Positions 17,483-28,075 are shown, counted from the first letter of the stretch. The stretch: DNA of 64,000 bases from Paracoccaceae bacterium (GCA_018223125.1 JAAEZA010000018.1:2505-66504); one strand, 5' to 3'. Numbers and translations are program-made. The notes: generated from the sequence alone by a model not told the origin.

Positions 17483-18421
17483 TCAGGCTTCTTCCAGCCG
17501 GTCCGTGGCAGGGGCCGGTTTCGGGGAGAGAGCCGAAATCTCGGCATAGTCTGCCGCGCTTAGCGGGGCTGTCATTGCGGCAAGCGAGGGGCGAAGCTGC
17601 GCTACCGTGCGGGCCGAAATGATCGGGGCGGTCACAGCGGGGTTTGCAGCCACAAAGCCAACCGCCAGAACGGCCGGATCAACGCCTTTTTTCGCCGCCA
17701 GTTCTGCGAGGTCCGCTGCACTCCGGTGCATCTGTTCCAGCCCGTAGCGGGCGGCATAGCGGTGATCCTTGGACAAACGCCCGTCTGCCTTTTGACCCTT
17801 GGCGTATTTCCCCGTCAGCAAGCCGCCGCCCAGCGGCGAATAGGGGGTGACCTTTATACCTTCGGACAGGCACATGGGCAGCAGTTCTACCTCTGCCTGA
17901 CGTTTCACAAGGTTATACATCGGCTGGATCACGTCGATTTTTGTTCCCGCAGCCGCGGCGATCCCTTGCGCCTTCATCACCTGCCACGCGGCATAGTTGG
18001 ACACGCCGATGTAGCGGATCTGCCCTGCCTGTTGCATTGCGGCCAGCGTGTCGAAGGTTTCCTCCAAGGGGGTGTCATCATCAAAACGGTGAATGAAATA
18101 GATGTCCACATAGTCCGTCTGCATCCGGCGCAGGGTTTCATCCAGTTGTGCGGTCAGGTTTTCGCGGCTCGACGGGCCGATGTAACCGCCCTTGCTGGTG
18201 AGCAGAAGCGACTCGCGTTCTGCCTTGGCCAGTTTGCCGAGAATGGTTTCAGAGGCCCCGTCCGTATAGACCCAGGCGCTGTCAAAGAAATTGATGCCAG
18301 CATCGCGGCAGGTTTGGAACACGGCTTCGCTTTCGGCTTCGTCAGAGCCGCCTCCGAATTGCATGGTGCCAAAACAGAAAGGAGAAGCAGGGGCGCCGTT
18401 CAGGGCGGTAAATTCGGACAT
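17483..18421 (-). CDS. aldo/keto reductase
   Basis: ORF 17483..18439. The probable start is MSEFTALNG (ATG ending at 18421). AKR motifs seen: GINFFDSAWVYTDG and VTPYSPLGGGLLTGKY. Confidence 0.85.
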   Translation of the reverse strand: MSEFTALNGAPASPFCFGTMQFGGGSDEAESEAVFQTCRDAGINFFDSAWVYTDGASETILGKLAKAERESLLLTSKGGYIGPSSRENLTAQLDETLRRMQTDYVDIYFIHRFDDDTPLEETFDTLAAMQQAGQIRYIGVSNYAAWQVMKAQGIAAAAGTKIDVIQPMYNLVKRQAEVELLPMCLSEGIKVTPYSPLGGGLLTGKYAKGQKADGRLSKDHRYAARYGLEQMHRSAADLAELAAKKGVDPAVLAVGFVAANPAVTAPIISARTVAQLRPSLAAMTAPLSAADYAEISALSPKPAPATDRLEEA

Positions 18422-18480
18422 GGGAAAACTTTCACGCAATAGGATTTGCGTGCAGGTTAATCCGGAAGTTCAGGGAATGT

Positions 18481-18516
18481 AAACGAAAAGGCCCGCGCAG
18501 ATGCACGGGCCTTTTG
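18481..18516 (-). terminator. Rho-independent terminator after the xdh/ABC operon
   Basis: Stem GGCCCG...CGGGCC (18489-18511). On the minus strand it is followed by TTTTCGTTT. Confidence 0.6.
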
Positions 18517-18534
18517 CAAATCATGAACAGGGGC

Positions 18535-19620
18535 TTAGTTGGGGATCTCGGCCTCGATCCCTTCGACATAGAAATCCATGCCTGCCAGAGTACCGTCATC
18601 GGCGGTTTCACCTTCGGCCAGCCAGGCAGAACCGTCCTGTTTGTTGATCGGACCTGTGAAGGCGTGAACCTCACCTGATGCCAGCTTGTCAGCCAGTTCC
18701 TGTGCAGATGCGCGGACTTCGGCAGGGATGGCTTCGGTCATTTCACCGATTTTAACCATACCTTCCTTGATGCCGTGCCATGTGTCGGTGCTTTCCCAGG
18801 TGCCGTCCAGCATCGCCTGTGCACGGGCGACATAGTAAGGCGCCCAGTTGTCGATAATGGAGCTGACGCGCGGGTTCGGTGCAAACTGCCCCATGTCGGA
18901 CGCCTGACCAAAGCCGATGATGCCTTCGTGTTTCTTCATCTCGGACATCGGAGCGGTGGAATCCGTGTGCTGCATGATCACATCTGCGCCCTGTTCGATC
19001 AGCGCGTTTGCCGCATCGGCCTCTTTGCCCGGATCGAACCATGTGTAGGCCCAGACGACTTTGAACTTCACTTCGGGGTTCACCGCTTTGGCCGCCAGAT
19101 AGGCAGAGTTGATGCCGCGGATCACTTCGGGGATCGGGTAGGACGCAATGTAACCGATGGTGTTGGTTTTGGTCATATGTCCGGCGATATGGCCGATAAC
19201 CGCGCGGCCTTCATAAAACCGTGCGGAATATGTGGACACGTTGTCGGCCCGCTTATAGCCGGTGGCGTGTTCGAATTTTACGTCCGGAAACTTCTTCGCC
19301 ACGTTCATTACGTGATCCATGTAGTTGAAGGATGTGGCAAAGATCAGCTTGTGGCCGGACAGGGCCATTTGCGTCATCACACGCTCGGAATCAGCGGATT
19401 CCGGTACGTTTTCCACATAGGTGGTCTCAACCTTGTCACCCAGAGCTTCTTCGATCGCCTTGCGGCCCTGATCGTGTTCGTAGGTCCAGCCCATATCACC
19501 CGGCGGTCCGATGTAAACGAAGCCGATTTTCAGCTTGTCCTGTGCAAAGGCCGCTCCGGCGAGGCCGGTGGCGACAGCAGCACCTGCGAGCAGTGTTTTA
19601 ATAAGGTTCATAAGGGTCAT
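18535..19620 (-). CDS. BMP-family (PnrA-like) ABC transporter substrate-binding protein
   Basis: Signal peptide MTLMNLIKTLLAGAAVATGLAGAAFA. The sequence is BMP/nucleoside-binding lipoprotein-like (IGFVYIGPPGDMGWTYEHD). Confidence 0.9.
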   Translation of the reverse strand: MTLMNLIKTLLAGAAVATGLAGAAFAQDKLKIGFVYIGPPGDMGWTYEHDQGRKAIEEALGDKVETTYVENVPESADSERVMTQMALSGHKLIFATSFNYMDHVMNVAKKFPDVKFEHATGYKRADNVSTYSARFYEGRAVIGHIAGHMTKTNTIGYIASYPIPEVIRGINSAYLAAKAVNPEVKFKVVWAYTWFDPGKEADAANALIEQGADVIMQHTDSTAPMSEMKKHEGIIGFGQASDMGQFAPNPRVSSIIDNWAPYYVARAQAMLDGTWESTDTWHGIKEGMVKIGEMTEAIPAEVRASAQELADKLASGEVHAFTGPINKQDGSAWLAEGETADDGTLAGMDFYVEGIEAEIPN

Positions 19621-19680
19621 TCTCCTTGTTGGTCTTGAGATCGGTTGTCTTGAATGCCGCGCGATTGGCGGCGGTTTTTG

Positions 19681-20613
19681 TTATGTGGATGCAAAGAAAG
19701 TCTTGCCCAGAGATGCCGGCGCATTCAGGGACTGACGCTTTTTGTCAGATGCCATGATAACCAGCACGATGATGGTTGCAAGATAGGGTGTCATGGACAG
19801 ATAGGCGGGCGAAATTGCCAGACCTGCGGCTTGCAGGTTCAGTTGCAGCACGGTGACGCCGCCAAACAGGTAAGCGCCGATAATCGCACGGCCCGGTTTC
19901 CAGCTTGCAAACACAACGATGGCCAGCGCGATCCAGCCCGCACCTGCGGTCATGCCCTCGGCCCATTGTGGTACGCGCACCAGCGACAGATAGGCCCCGC
20001 CCAGTCCGGCACAGGCGCCGCCAAAGGCGATCGCAAGCATACGGATGCGGATCACCTTGTAGCCGAGCGCATGGGCGGCGTCGTGGCTTTCGCCCACAGC
20101 GCGCAGCACCAACCCGCCCCGCGTGCGGGTCAGGAAATACCAGATGCCAAAGGTCAGCGCCAAAGAGAAATAGATCATCGGATCATGTCCAAAGATGATC
20201 CGCCCCACCACGGGCAGATCGCTGAGCACCGGAATGTGGATTTGCGAAAAGGCTGGCGGGTTGATGCCTGTGTAGCTGTGCCCGAGTAGTGACGCGAGCC
20301 CGAGCCCGAACATCGTCAGCCCCAGCCCCGTCGCAACCTGATTGGCCATCAGGTACTGTGTCAGCACGGCAAAGATCATCGACACCGCTGCACCGCAGAT
20401 TGCCCCGAACAGGAAGCCGAGCCACGGCGATCCTGTGGTGACAGCCGCGATAAACCCGCAAACCGCGCCAATAATCATCATGCCCTCCACACCAAGGTTC
20501 AGGACGCCGGATTTCTCGACCACCAGTTCCCCCAATGCGGCCAGCAGGATCGGTGTGGAGGCCGCCATCAGGCTGACAATCAGGGTGACAGGGGAAATAG
20601 AGGACAGGTCCAT
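19681..20613 (-). CDS. ABC transporter permease
   Basis: ORF 19681..20946. The real start is MDLSSISPV, whose ATG (20611-20613) overlaps the stop of the upstream permease by 1 nt (TGATG). It is a multi-TM protein. Confidence 0.85.
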   Translation of the reverse strand: MDLSSISPVTLIVSLMAASTPILLAALGELVVEKSGVLNLGVEGMMIIGAVCGFIAAVTTGSPWLGFLFGAICGAAVSMIFAVLTQYLMANQVATGLGLTMFGLGLASLLGHSYTGINPPAFSQIHIPVLSDLPVVGRIIFGHDPMIYFSLALTFGIWYFLTRTRGGLVLRAVGESHDAAHALGYKVIRIRMLAIAFGGACAGLGGAYLSLVRVPQWAEGMTAGAGWIALAIVVFASWKPGRAIIGAYLFGGVTVLQLNLQAAGLAISPAYLSMTPYLATIIVLVIMASDKKRQSLNAPASLGKTFFAST

Positions 20614-21704
20614 CAGTGGGCCTCCTTGGATTTGGTGTCCCGGCGCAGGCGGAAATTCACCAGAATATCGACGCCCAGAAGGAAAAACAGCAACATGCCC
20701 TGAAACACCTGAATAGCGGCTGCAGGGATGGACATCTGGAACTGGGCCAACTCTCCGCCGATGTAGGTCAGCGCCATTAACAGCCCCGCCAGCAGGATGC
20801 CAACGGGGTGCAAGCGACCGAGAAACGCCACGATGATCGCGGTGAATCCGTAGCCAAGCGGAAAGTTGGTGGACAGTTTGCCTGCCGGTCCGGTGACTTC
20901 GAACAGACCGGCGAGCCCCGCCAGCGCGCCCGAAATACCAAGGCACAGCGCCACGGTGGTATGGGGATTGACCCCTGCGAATTTGGAGGCCCGCGCGGAT
21001 TGCCCCGAAACGCGGATCTGGAAGCCGAAGATGTGTCGGGTCAAAAAGATATAGCCCACAACCACCACGGCCATCATCACCAGCACACCAAAGTGCAATC
21101 CGGTGTTGGACAGCAATTCGGCGTTAAAGGCCGACTGGTATTCGTTGAAGTTGCGAGACACCGGAAAACCCATGCCCACAGGGGATTTCATCGGCCCTGT
21201 GACCATGGCCGCCAGAAACTGCGCAGCCACATAGACCAGCATCAGGGAGACAAGGATCTCATTCGCGTTGAAGCGGATTTTCAGGATCGCGGGGATCATC
21301 GCCCATAAAAAGCCGCCAAGACCGCCCATGATAATGATCAGCGGGAACACCAAGGGGCTTTCAAGCGGATAAAGCGCCAGTGCCGTGCCGCCGCCAATGA
21401 CAGCGCCCATGATGAACTGGCCCTCTGCGCCGATATTCCAGACATTGGCACGAAAGCCAAAAGACAGGCCGATGGCCATCAGGATCAGCGGCGCGGCCTT
21501 CACCAGCAGTTGCGGGCGGGTGTAACTGGCGACCATATCGTTAAACAGCGGATCCCAGAAAATGATGCGGATCGCGGTAAACGGGTTGTTGCCAAGGATT
21601 GCAAACAGGATGCCGCCTGCAATCATCGTAGCCACCACCGCAATGATCGGGGTCAGGATGACCATCGCGCGGGAGGGTTCGGGACGTGCCTCAAGCCGCA
21701 GCAT
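20613..21704 (-). CDS. ABC transporter permease
   Basis: 363-aa multi-TM protein. Its start overlaps the ATPase gene by 14 nt. Confidence 0.85.
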   Translation of the reverse strand: MLRLEARPEPSRAMVILTPIIAVVATMIAGGILFAILGNNPFTAIRIIFWDPLFNDMVASYTRPQLLVKAAPLILMAIGLSFGFRANVWNIGAEGQFIMGAVIGGGTALALYPLESPLVFPLIIIMGGLGGFLWAMIPAILKIRFNANEILVSLMLVYVAAQFLAAMVTGPMKSPVGMGFPVSRNFNEYQSAFNAELLSNTGLHFGVLVMMAVVVVGYIFLTRHIFGFQIRVSGQSARASKFAGVNPHTTVALCLGISGALAGLAGLFEVTGPAGKLSTNFPLGYGFTAIIVAFLGRLHPVGILLAGLLMALTYIGGELAQFQMSIPAAAIQVFQGMLLFFLLGVDILVNFRLRRDTKSKEAH

Positions 21705-23202
21705 GATCTACCTCCGTTCCGCCCATCAAAAGGCCGATTTCTTCAATTGTGACACCGGATGCGGATCGCACACGGGACAGCCGCCCTTCGGAAAGCACGG
21801 CAAAAGTGTCGGAAATTTCCATTAACTCGTCCAGATCCTGACTGATGACCAGAACACCGGCCCCTTGTTCGGCCAGTTCCAAAAGGGCTTCGCGGATGAA
21901 GGCCGCTGCCGAGGCATCAACGCCCCATGTGGGCTGGTTCACCACCAGAATGTCGGGGCGCTGCATGATTTCGCGCCCGATTACAAATTTTTGCAGGTTG
22001 CCCCCCGAAAGGGATTTGGCGGCATGTCCTGCGCCCGGCGTGCGCACGTCAAACTTCTGAATGATGGCGCGGGCGAAATTCTGGGTGGCCTGCCATTTGA
22101 CAAAGCCCTTGTTGGTCAGCCGTTGCCGCGCGTGCCCGGTGAGCAAGGCATTTTCCGTCAGGGACATATCGGGCGCCGCCGCATGGCCGAGCCTTTCTTC
22201 AGGGGCGGCCAGCAGACCTTGCAGGCGGCGGTGGTTCGGTCCCTTGCTGCCGATCGCGGCACCCTTCAGGGTGATGGCAGCATCTTCGCACGGCTCTTCG
22301 CCGGACAGGGCCAGCAGCAATTCGTCCTGCCCGTTACCCGCCACACCAGCCACGCCCAGAACCTCGCCGGCATGAAGCGAGAAGCTGACATCCCGCAGGG
22401 AGGTGCCGAAAGGATCTTTTGACGGCAGTTGCAGGTTTTTCACTTCCAGCAGCACAGGGCCGGGCTGGTAGGGGCGTTTGGTCGGGGATTTCAGTTCGGT
22501 TCCCACCATCATTTCAGCCATCGTGCGGGAGGTTTCTTCGGCAGGTACACAGGTGCCCACCACCTTTCCCAGACGCAGGATGGTCGCGTTGTCACAAATG
22601 GTGCGGATTTCTTCCAGCTTGTGCGAGATATAAAGGATCGACGTGCCCTCATCGCGCAAGCGGCGCAGGGTTTCAAACAGTACGTCCACTTCCTGCGGTG
22701 TCAGCACGGATGTGGGTTCATCCATCACCAGCAGCTTGGGGTTCTGCAAAAGACAGCGCACGATTTCAACCCGCTGGCGTTCGCCTGCGGACAGATCACC
22801 CACCATCCGGTCCGGATCAAGCGTCAGGCCGTATTTCTTGGACACGCTGCGGATTTCATCGCTCAGCGCATCGGTTTCCGGCGCATCATCCATGCCAAGG
22901 GCGATGTTTTCCGCAACGCTTAGCGCTTCGAACAGGGAAAAATGCTGGAACACCATGGCCACGCCTGCGGCCCGTGCCGCGCGCGGTTCGTGCGGGGCGA
23001 AGGGCTGCCCGTGCAGCCGCATCTCGCCGCTGTCGGGGCGGACCAGACCGTAGATCATCTTGACCAGCGTGGATTTTCCCGCGCCGTTTTCCCCAAGCAG
23101 GGCGTGAACCTCTCCCGGGGCGATTTCAAATCCGACGTCATCATTGGCAACAACGCCCGGATAGGCTTTGGTCAGACCGGACAGGTGCAACAGTGGGGTC
23201 AT
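21691..23202 (-). CDS. ABC transporter ATP-binding protein (duplicated ATPase)
   Basis: Walker A GENGAGKST and signatures LSAGERQRVEI and LSGGNLQKFVI indicate two ABC cassettes in 503 aa. Confidence 0.9.
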   Translation of the reverse strand: MTPLLHLSGLTKAYPGVVANDDVGFEIAPGEVHALLGENGAGKSTLVKMIYGLVRPDSGEMRLHGQPFAPHEPRAARAAGVAMVFQHFSLFEALSVAENIALGMDDAPETDALSDEIRSVSKKYGLTLDPDRMVGDLSAGERQRVEIVRCLLQNPKLLVMDEPTSVLTPQEVDVLFETLRRLRDEGTSILYISHKLEEIRTICDNATILRLGKVVGTCVPAEETSRTMAEMMVGTELKSPTKRPYQPGPVLLEVKNLQLPSKDPFGTSLRDVSFSLHAGEVLGVAGVAGNGQDELLLALSGEEPCEDAAITLKGAAIGSKGPNHRRLQGLLAAPEERLGHAAAPDMSLTENALLTGHARQRLTNKGFVKWQATQNFARAIIQKFDVRTPGAGHAAKSLSGGNLQKFVIGREIMQRPDILVVNQPTWGVDASAAAFIREALLELAEQGAGVLVISQDLDELMEISDTFAVLSEGRLSRVRSASGVTIEEIGLLMGGTEVDHAAA

Positions 23203-24128
23203 GCGGTGGCCTCTTGTTGTGCGGCTTGTACCGCGTCAAAAGTTAATAATTCGCGGGCCACGCCGATTGCAATGGCCTTGGGCAGCTTACCCAACGCCCG
23301 CTGTCCGATGGGACAGATAATGCCTTCTATTTGGGCAGTTGTGTGACCGAGCTCTGCCAGTCTGGCGCCAAAGCGCCTGCGTTTGGTGGCAGAGCCGATC
23401 AGCCCCAGCGTGCGGTGCGGATGGGACAGGATCGCGTGGCACAGGTCAAGGTCAAGGGCATGGGAATAGGTCAGCACAAGGTGGTGGGCTTCTGCTGGTG
23501 CGTGTTTCACGGCATCTGCCGGATTGGCCGCCACCAGAGGGGCAGCATGTGCGGGGATCGTTTCGGGAAAGCGGTTTGGTGCCGTGTCCACCCAGGTGAT
23601 GTCAAAGGGCAGGCCTTCCAGCGTATCGACCAGCGCACGGCCCACATGCCCTGCGCCGTAAATCCACAGCGGGGTGGCAGGCTGTTCCAGCGGCTCCATC
23701 AGCCAGCCCTGTTGCCAGCTCAGTGCCGCTGGCTGCCCGCCGCCACGCAGCGCCTTTTCAGCGCCGCGCATGGCAAGCGGTTTGTCCGTGTCGGTGCCGA
23801 TGGGGCGGGTGTAGAACTCTTGGTCTTTGGGCAAGCTCTCCGGCGTGAAGGGTTCCAGCACCAGCGTCACAGCCCCGCCGCAACATTGGCCAAGCGCGGG
23901 ACCAAGCGGCATTTTCAGCGCGGTCGGTCCGCTGATCTGTCGCGCCTGTTCCACAGCCTGCAATTCCAGTGCGCCGCCGCCGATTGTGCCGCTTTGCCCT
24001 TCCGGCCAGACCAGCATCGACGTTCCGGTTTCCCGCGGTGTTGATCCCTTGTGGTCAACGATTACGATCCGCACCACGCGCCCGTGGGCATTTACGGCAG
24101 CGCGCAGGGCAGGCAGGTTCAGTCCCAC
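23199..24128 (-). CDS. xdhC: xanthine dehydrogenase accessory protein XdhC
   Basis: XdhC/CoxI-like sequence with IYGAGHVGRAL. It is translationally coupled downstream of xdhB (overlap) and overlaps the ATPase start by 4 nt. Confidence 0.85.
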   Translation of the reverse strand: MGLNLPALRAAVNAHGRVVRIVIVDHKGSTPRETGTSMLVWPEGQSGTIGGGALELQAVEQARQISGPTALKMPLGPALGQCCGGAVTLVLEPFTPESLPKDQEFYTRPIGTDTDKPLAMRGAEKALRGGGQPAALSWQQGWLMEPLEQPATPLWIYGAGHVGRALVDTLEGLPFDITWVDTAPNRFPETIPAHAAPLVAANPADAVKHAPAEAHHLVLTYSHALDLDLCHAILSHPHRTLGLIGSATKRRRFGARLAELGHTTAQIEGIICPIGQRALGKLPKAIAIGVARELLTFDAVQAAQQEATA

Positions 24129-26422
24129 GACTGGCCTCTTTGTGCCATGACCGCGCGCAAGACTTCCTCTGCAGTGGCAGGGGCTTGCAGGTCGGGATAG
24201 GTTGATCCGTCACCACAGGCCGCAACCGCATCGGAAAGTGCGAGAAACGCCGAAATCCCCAGCATCAGGGGCGGTTCGCCCACGGCTTTGGATTTATAGA
24301 TGGTGTCGCTTACATTTTCGCCCTTGTTCCACAGCGCCACGTTGAACACATCGGGGCGATCCGAACAGGCGGGGATTTTATAGGTGCTTGGCGCATGGGT
24401 GCGCAATGCGCCCTTGTCGTCCCAAACCAGTTCCTCTGTTGTCAGCCAGCCTGCGCCCTGCACATAACCCCCTTCGATCTGGCCCAGATCTATGACCGGA
24501 TTAAGCGATTTACCCACATCATGCAGAATGTCCGTGCGCAGAATACGGTTTTCGCCCGTCAGCGTGTCGATAACAACTTCTGTAACGGCCGCACCATATG
24601 CGAAGTAAAAGAATGGCGTGCCGCGACCGGCGAAACGGTCCCATTCAATGCCGGGGGTTGCGTAAAAGCCTGTAGCGGACAGCGAAATCCGGTTTTGATA
24701 GGCCGCAGCGACCACTTCGGCAAAAGGCACAACCTGTGTGCCGATGGTCACGGCCCCGTCTTCAAACCGGATTTGATCCTTCGGGGTTTGCCAGTGTCCA
24801 GCGGCGAAATCGGTCAGGCGTTCCACGATTGTATCGCAGGCCGCCTTGACCGCCATGCCGTTCAGGTCCGATCCGCTGGAGGCCGCCGTGGCAGAGGTGT
24901 TAGGCACTTTGCCTGTATCTGTCGCGGTAATTTTCACCGCAGACAGCGGCTGTCCGAAGCGGCTCGCCGCGACTTGGGCCACTTTGGTAAACAGGCCCTG
25001 ACCCATTTCCGTGCCGCCGTGGTTCATATGGATGGAACCATCGGAATAGACATGCACCAGCGCGCCCGCCTGATTGAGGTGGGTCAGCGTAAAGCTGATG
25101 CCGAATTTCACCGGCGTCATCGCCAGCCCCCGTTTCAGGCGGGGGTTTTCATGGTTGAACCATTTCACCTGCTCGCGCCGTTTGGAATATTCGGCGCTCT
25201 CCAGCAGCTCGATCGCGATCTGGTCTATTACGTTGTCACGCACTTCCATATGGTAGGGCGTGGTTTGTCCTGCGTTCTGCGCTTTCGGCGCATAGAAATT
25301 CGCCGTGCGGATATAGGTCGCGTCCACATCCAGTGTATGGGCGATATGATCGACCACCCGTTCGATCCCGACCACCCCTTGCGGCCCGCCAAAGCCGCGG
25401 AAGGCGGTGTTCGAGACAGTGTTGGTCTTCAACCGGTGCGACACAATCCGCGCATTGGGCAGGTGATAGGCGTTATCCGCGTGCAGCATGGCACGGTCCG
25501 CAACCGGCAGCGACAGGTCTTGCGCCCAGCCGCAGCGGCAGTATTGGGTGAACTCTATACCCTCGATCTGGCCCGCGCCGTTGAAACCGACTGTATAGTC
25601 TATGCGGAAGTCGTGACGTTTTCCGGTCACAACCATATCGTCGTCACGATCATAGCGCATTTTGACAGGGCGTCCGGTCTTTGCTGCGACAATTGCCGTG
25701 GCGCAGGCCAGCGCGTTGCCCTGACTCTCCTTGCCGCCGAAACCGCCGCCCATGCGCCGGATTTCCACCCGCACCGAATGGAACGGCAGGTTCAGGGCAG
25801 CGGCCACCTTGTGCTGGATCTCGCTCGGGTGCTGGGTAGAGGAATGCACCACCATATCGCCGTTGTCCTGCGGCAGGCTCAACGCGGCCTGTCCTTCAAG
25901 GTAGAAATGTTCCTGCCCGCCGATATTGATCGAGCCGCTGATCTTGTGTTCGGCCTGTTCGATCGCGCTGTCGGGATCGCCTTTCAGGAATTGCAGAGGC
26001 TCCTCAAACTTGGTGCCGGCCTTGATCGCATCGTCAATGCTCAGGATCGCGGTTTTTTCGCGGGCTTCTATCTTGCCCAGACGGGCCGCCTTGCGGGCCG
26101 CCAGATGGGATGTTGCGACCACCAGAAACAGCGGCTGGCCGAGGAAATGGATCGTGCCGTCTGCAAGCAGCGGTTCGTCGTGGTTGGAGGGGGACACGTC
26201 ATTGTCACCGGGCAGATCGGCGGCGGTCAGAACATCAACCACCCCTTCAGCGGCGCGCACTGCGTCCAGATCCATCGCGATCAAGTCACCGTGGGCAATT
26301 TCACTTAAGCCGAAGGCCAGATGAAGGCAGTTGGCCGGAGTCGGAATATCATCCACATAATGGGCAGCGCCGGTAACGTGCAGATTGCCTGCATCATGGG
26401 GATTGGGTTTTGCAACGCTCAT
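24119..26422 (-). CDS. xdhB: xanthine dehydrogenase molybdopterin-binding subunit
   Basis: 767 aa with a/b-hammerhead and MoCo-binding domains and the RRMGGGFGGKE motif. Confidence 0.9.
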   Translation of the reverse strand: MSVAKPNPHDAGNLHVTGAAHYVDDIPTPANCLHLAFGLSEIAHGDLIAMDLDAVRAAEGVVDVLTAADLPGDNDVSPSNHDEPLLADGTIHFLGQPLFLVVATSHLAARKAARLGKIEAREKTAILSIDDAIKAGTKFEEPLQFLKGDPDSAIEQAEHKISGSINIGGQEHFYLEGQAALSLPQDNGDMVVHSSTQHPSEIQHKVAAALNLPFHSVRVEIRRMGGGFGGKESQGNALACATAIVAAKTGRPVKMRYDRDDDMVVTGKRHDFRIDYTVGFNGAGQIEGIEFTQYCRCGWAQDLSLPVADRAMLHADNAYHLPNARIVSHRLKTNTVSNTAFRGFGGPQGVVGIERVVDHIAHTLDVDATYIRTANFYAPKAQNAGQTTPYHMEVRDNVIDQIAIELLESAEYSKRREQVKWFNHENPRLKRGLAMTPVKFGISFTLTHLNQAGALVHVYSDGSIHMNHGGTEMGQGLFTKVAQVAASRFGQPLSAVKITATDTGKVPNTSATAASSGSDLNGMAVKAACDTIVERLTDFAAGHWQTPKDQIRFEDGAVTIGTQVVPFAEVVAAAYQNRISLSATGFYATPGIEWDRFAGRGTPFFYFAYGAAVTEVVIDTLTGENRILRTDILHDVGKSLNPVIDLGQIEGGYVQGAGWLTTEELVWDDKGALRTHAPSTYKIPACSDRPDVFNVALWNKGENVSDTIYKSKAVGEPPLMLGISAFLALSDAVAACGDGSTYPDLQAPATAEEVLRAVMAQRGQSWD

Positions 26423-27801
26423 GCCGTAACCTCCAGAACCGAAGTGGCAAGCCCGTTGTCTTCGTCAAAGTAACGTTGCAACAGGTTCCTGGCTGTGGTG
26501 GCGCGATATTCTGCCGAGGCCCGCATGTCGCTGATCGGCTGGTAATCCTGCGCGAATTTCTTCATCGCCTTGGTCACGGTGCCTTGGGTCCAGGGCTTGC
26601 CAATAAGGGCGTTTTCAACTGCTTTTGCCCGTTTGGGCGTCGCCGCCATACCGCCAAAGGCGATCCGTGCGGTGGCCACCTTGCCGTTGGTCACGGTGAT
26701 GTTGAAACAGCCGCACAGGGCGGAAATGTCCTGATCGAAGCGTTTGGAAATCTTGTAGCATTTCAACCCGTTCGGGATGTTCGGGATGGTAATGCCACAG
26801 ATGAACTCTCCCGGGGCGCGATCCTGTTTGCCATAGTCGATGAAGAAGTCCTCTATCGGAATGTCGCGAAAATCATCGCCCTTGCGCAGATGGATCCGTG
26901 CGTTCAGCGCGATCAGGGCAGGGGGGCCGTCCCCGATGGGCGAGCCGTTGGCCACATTGCCCCCGATGGTAGCGGCATTGCGCACCTGATTGGAGCCATA
27001 GCGGCGGATCAACTCGGCGAAACTGGGATAGCGTTCTGCCACTGCCGCGCGCAGGGTGTTCAGCGTCACAGCCGCGCCTATGGCGATGCCGTGGTCGTTT
27101 TCCTCTATCCCTTGCAGGTCTTCGATCTGGCCGACAAAGGCGACAGGGGTGATGTCCCGCAGATCCTTGTTCACCCAAAGCCCCACATCTGTTGCACCGC
27201 CGACCAGCGTTGCGTCGGGGTGTTCAACGTACCAGTCCGCCAGTTCGTCAGAGCTGCGCGGCACGAAGGCATCTTCGGATTTCAGGGTCCGGAGTGTTTC
27301 CGTCAGGGGAACGGTGTCCTGTTGCAGCCAGTCCGGTTTCTGTTCTGCTTCAGCCGCTTCGGCAGCGCGGATGATCGGGGCGTATCCGGTGCAGCGGCAC
27401 AGGTTGCCCGCCAGCAGGTCGTCGTGATCGGTTTCACTGTTCTGATGGGCCGTTGCCATCGACATGATAAAGCCCGGCGTGCAGTAACCGCATTGCGAGC
27501 CGTGCAGATCGACCATTTTCTTCTGCACAGGATGCATTTCTCCGTCCGGTCCGGTCAGCCCTTCGACTGTGCGAATGGATTTACCGTGCAACTGGGGCAG
27601 GAACAGGATGCAGGCGTTCAGTGCCTTTGCGCCGTCACCATCGGAAACCATAACGGTACAAGCCCCGCAATCGCCCTCGTTGCAGCCTTCCTTTGTACCG
27701 CTCAGACCGCGGGTTTCACGCAAATACTCCAGCAAGGTGCGGGTAGGTTGCGTCTGGTCCAACTGGACCGGTGCCCCGTTCAGAAGAAATTTGACCTTCA
27801 T
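26419..27801 (-). CDS. xdhA: xanthine dehydrogenase small subunit (2Fe-2S + FAD-binding)
   Basis: Two Fe-S cysteine clusters (CNEGDCGACTV and CGYCTPG) are followed by a FAD-binding domain. There is a 4-nt overlap with xdhB. Confidence 0.9.
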   Translation of the reverse strand: MKVKFLLNGAPVQLDQTQPTRTLLEYLRETRGLSGTKEGCNEGDCGACTVMVSDGDGAKALNACILFLPQLHGKSIRTVEGLTGPDGEMHPVQKKMVDLHGSQCGYCTPGFIMSMATAHQNSETDHDDLLAGNLCRCTGYAPIIRAAEAAEAEQKPDWLQQDTVPLTETLRTLKSEDAFVPRSSDELADWYVEHPDATLVGGATDVGLWVNKDLRDITPVAFVGQIEDLQGIEENDHGIAIGAAVTLNTLRAAVAERYPSFAELIRRYGSNQVRNAATIGGNVANGSPIGDGPPALIALNARIHLRKGDDFRDIPIEDFFIDYGKQDRAPGEFICGITIPNIPNGLKCYKISKRFDQDISALCGCFNITVTNGKVATARIAFGGMAATPKRAKAVENALIGKPWTQGTVTKAMKKFAQDYQPISDMRASAEYRATTARNLLQRYFDEDNGLATSVLEVTA

Positions 27802-28075
27802 GTTGAAATTTCGCTAGCCTCTCTGTTGCTGGCACCAGCAGCTTTGCGCTGTGCCAATAATTACTGGTGCAACTTCTTTGACCAGCAGACCAACTCTCCC
27901 TTAACATAGCAAGATTTTTCTTGCCGGAGCGTCGCCGTTGCTGGTGGCTTACACCTTTTGAGATGCGCAATTAACCCGTTTATCAAAGGTTTGCGAGTGA
28001 TTTTATACAAAACGTTGAAAGTCTGTCAGGGTTTTGGCGGGAAAACGCAGATTGCCAAAAAACTGTGCGAACTTG

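Noticed and set aside
24395-26308. 637-aa plus-strand ORF inside xdhB, and similarly 26410..27909 (499 aa) inside xdhA
   Set aside because: Both are antisense shadows of strongly supported xanthine dehydrogenase genes, with no motifs and a compositional artefact.
27830-27847. TGGCAC...TTGC sigma-54-like sequence in the xdhA upstream spacer
   Set aside because: The GG-to-GC spacing is 15 nt instead of 12. The element also points away from xdhA, on the + strand towards the 3' end of a minus-strand gene.
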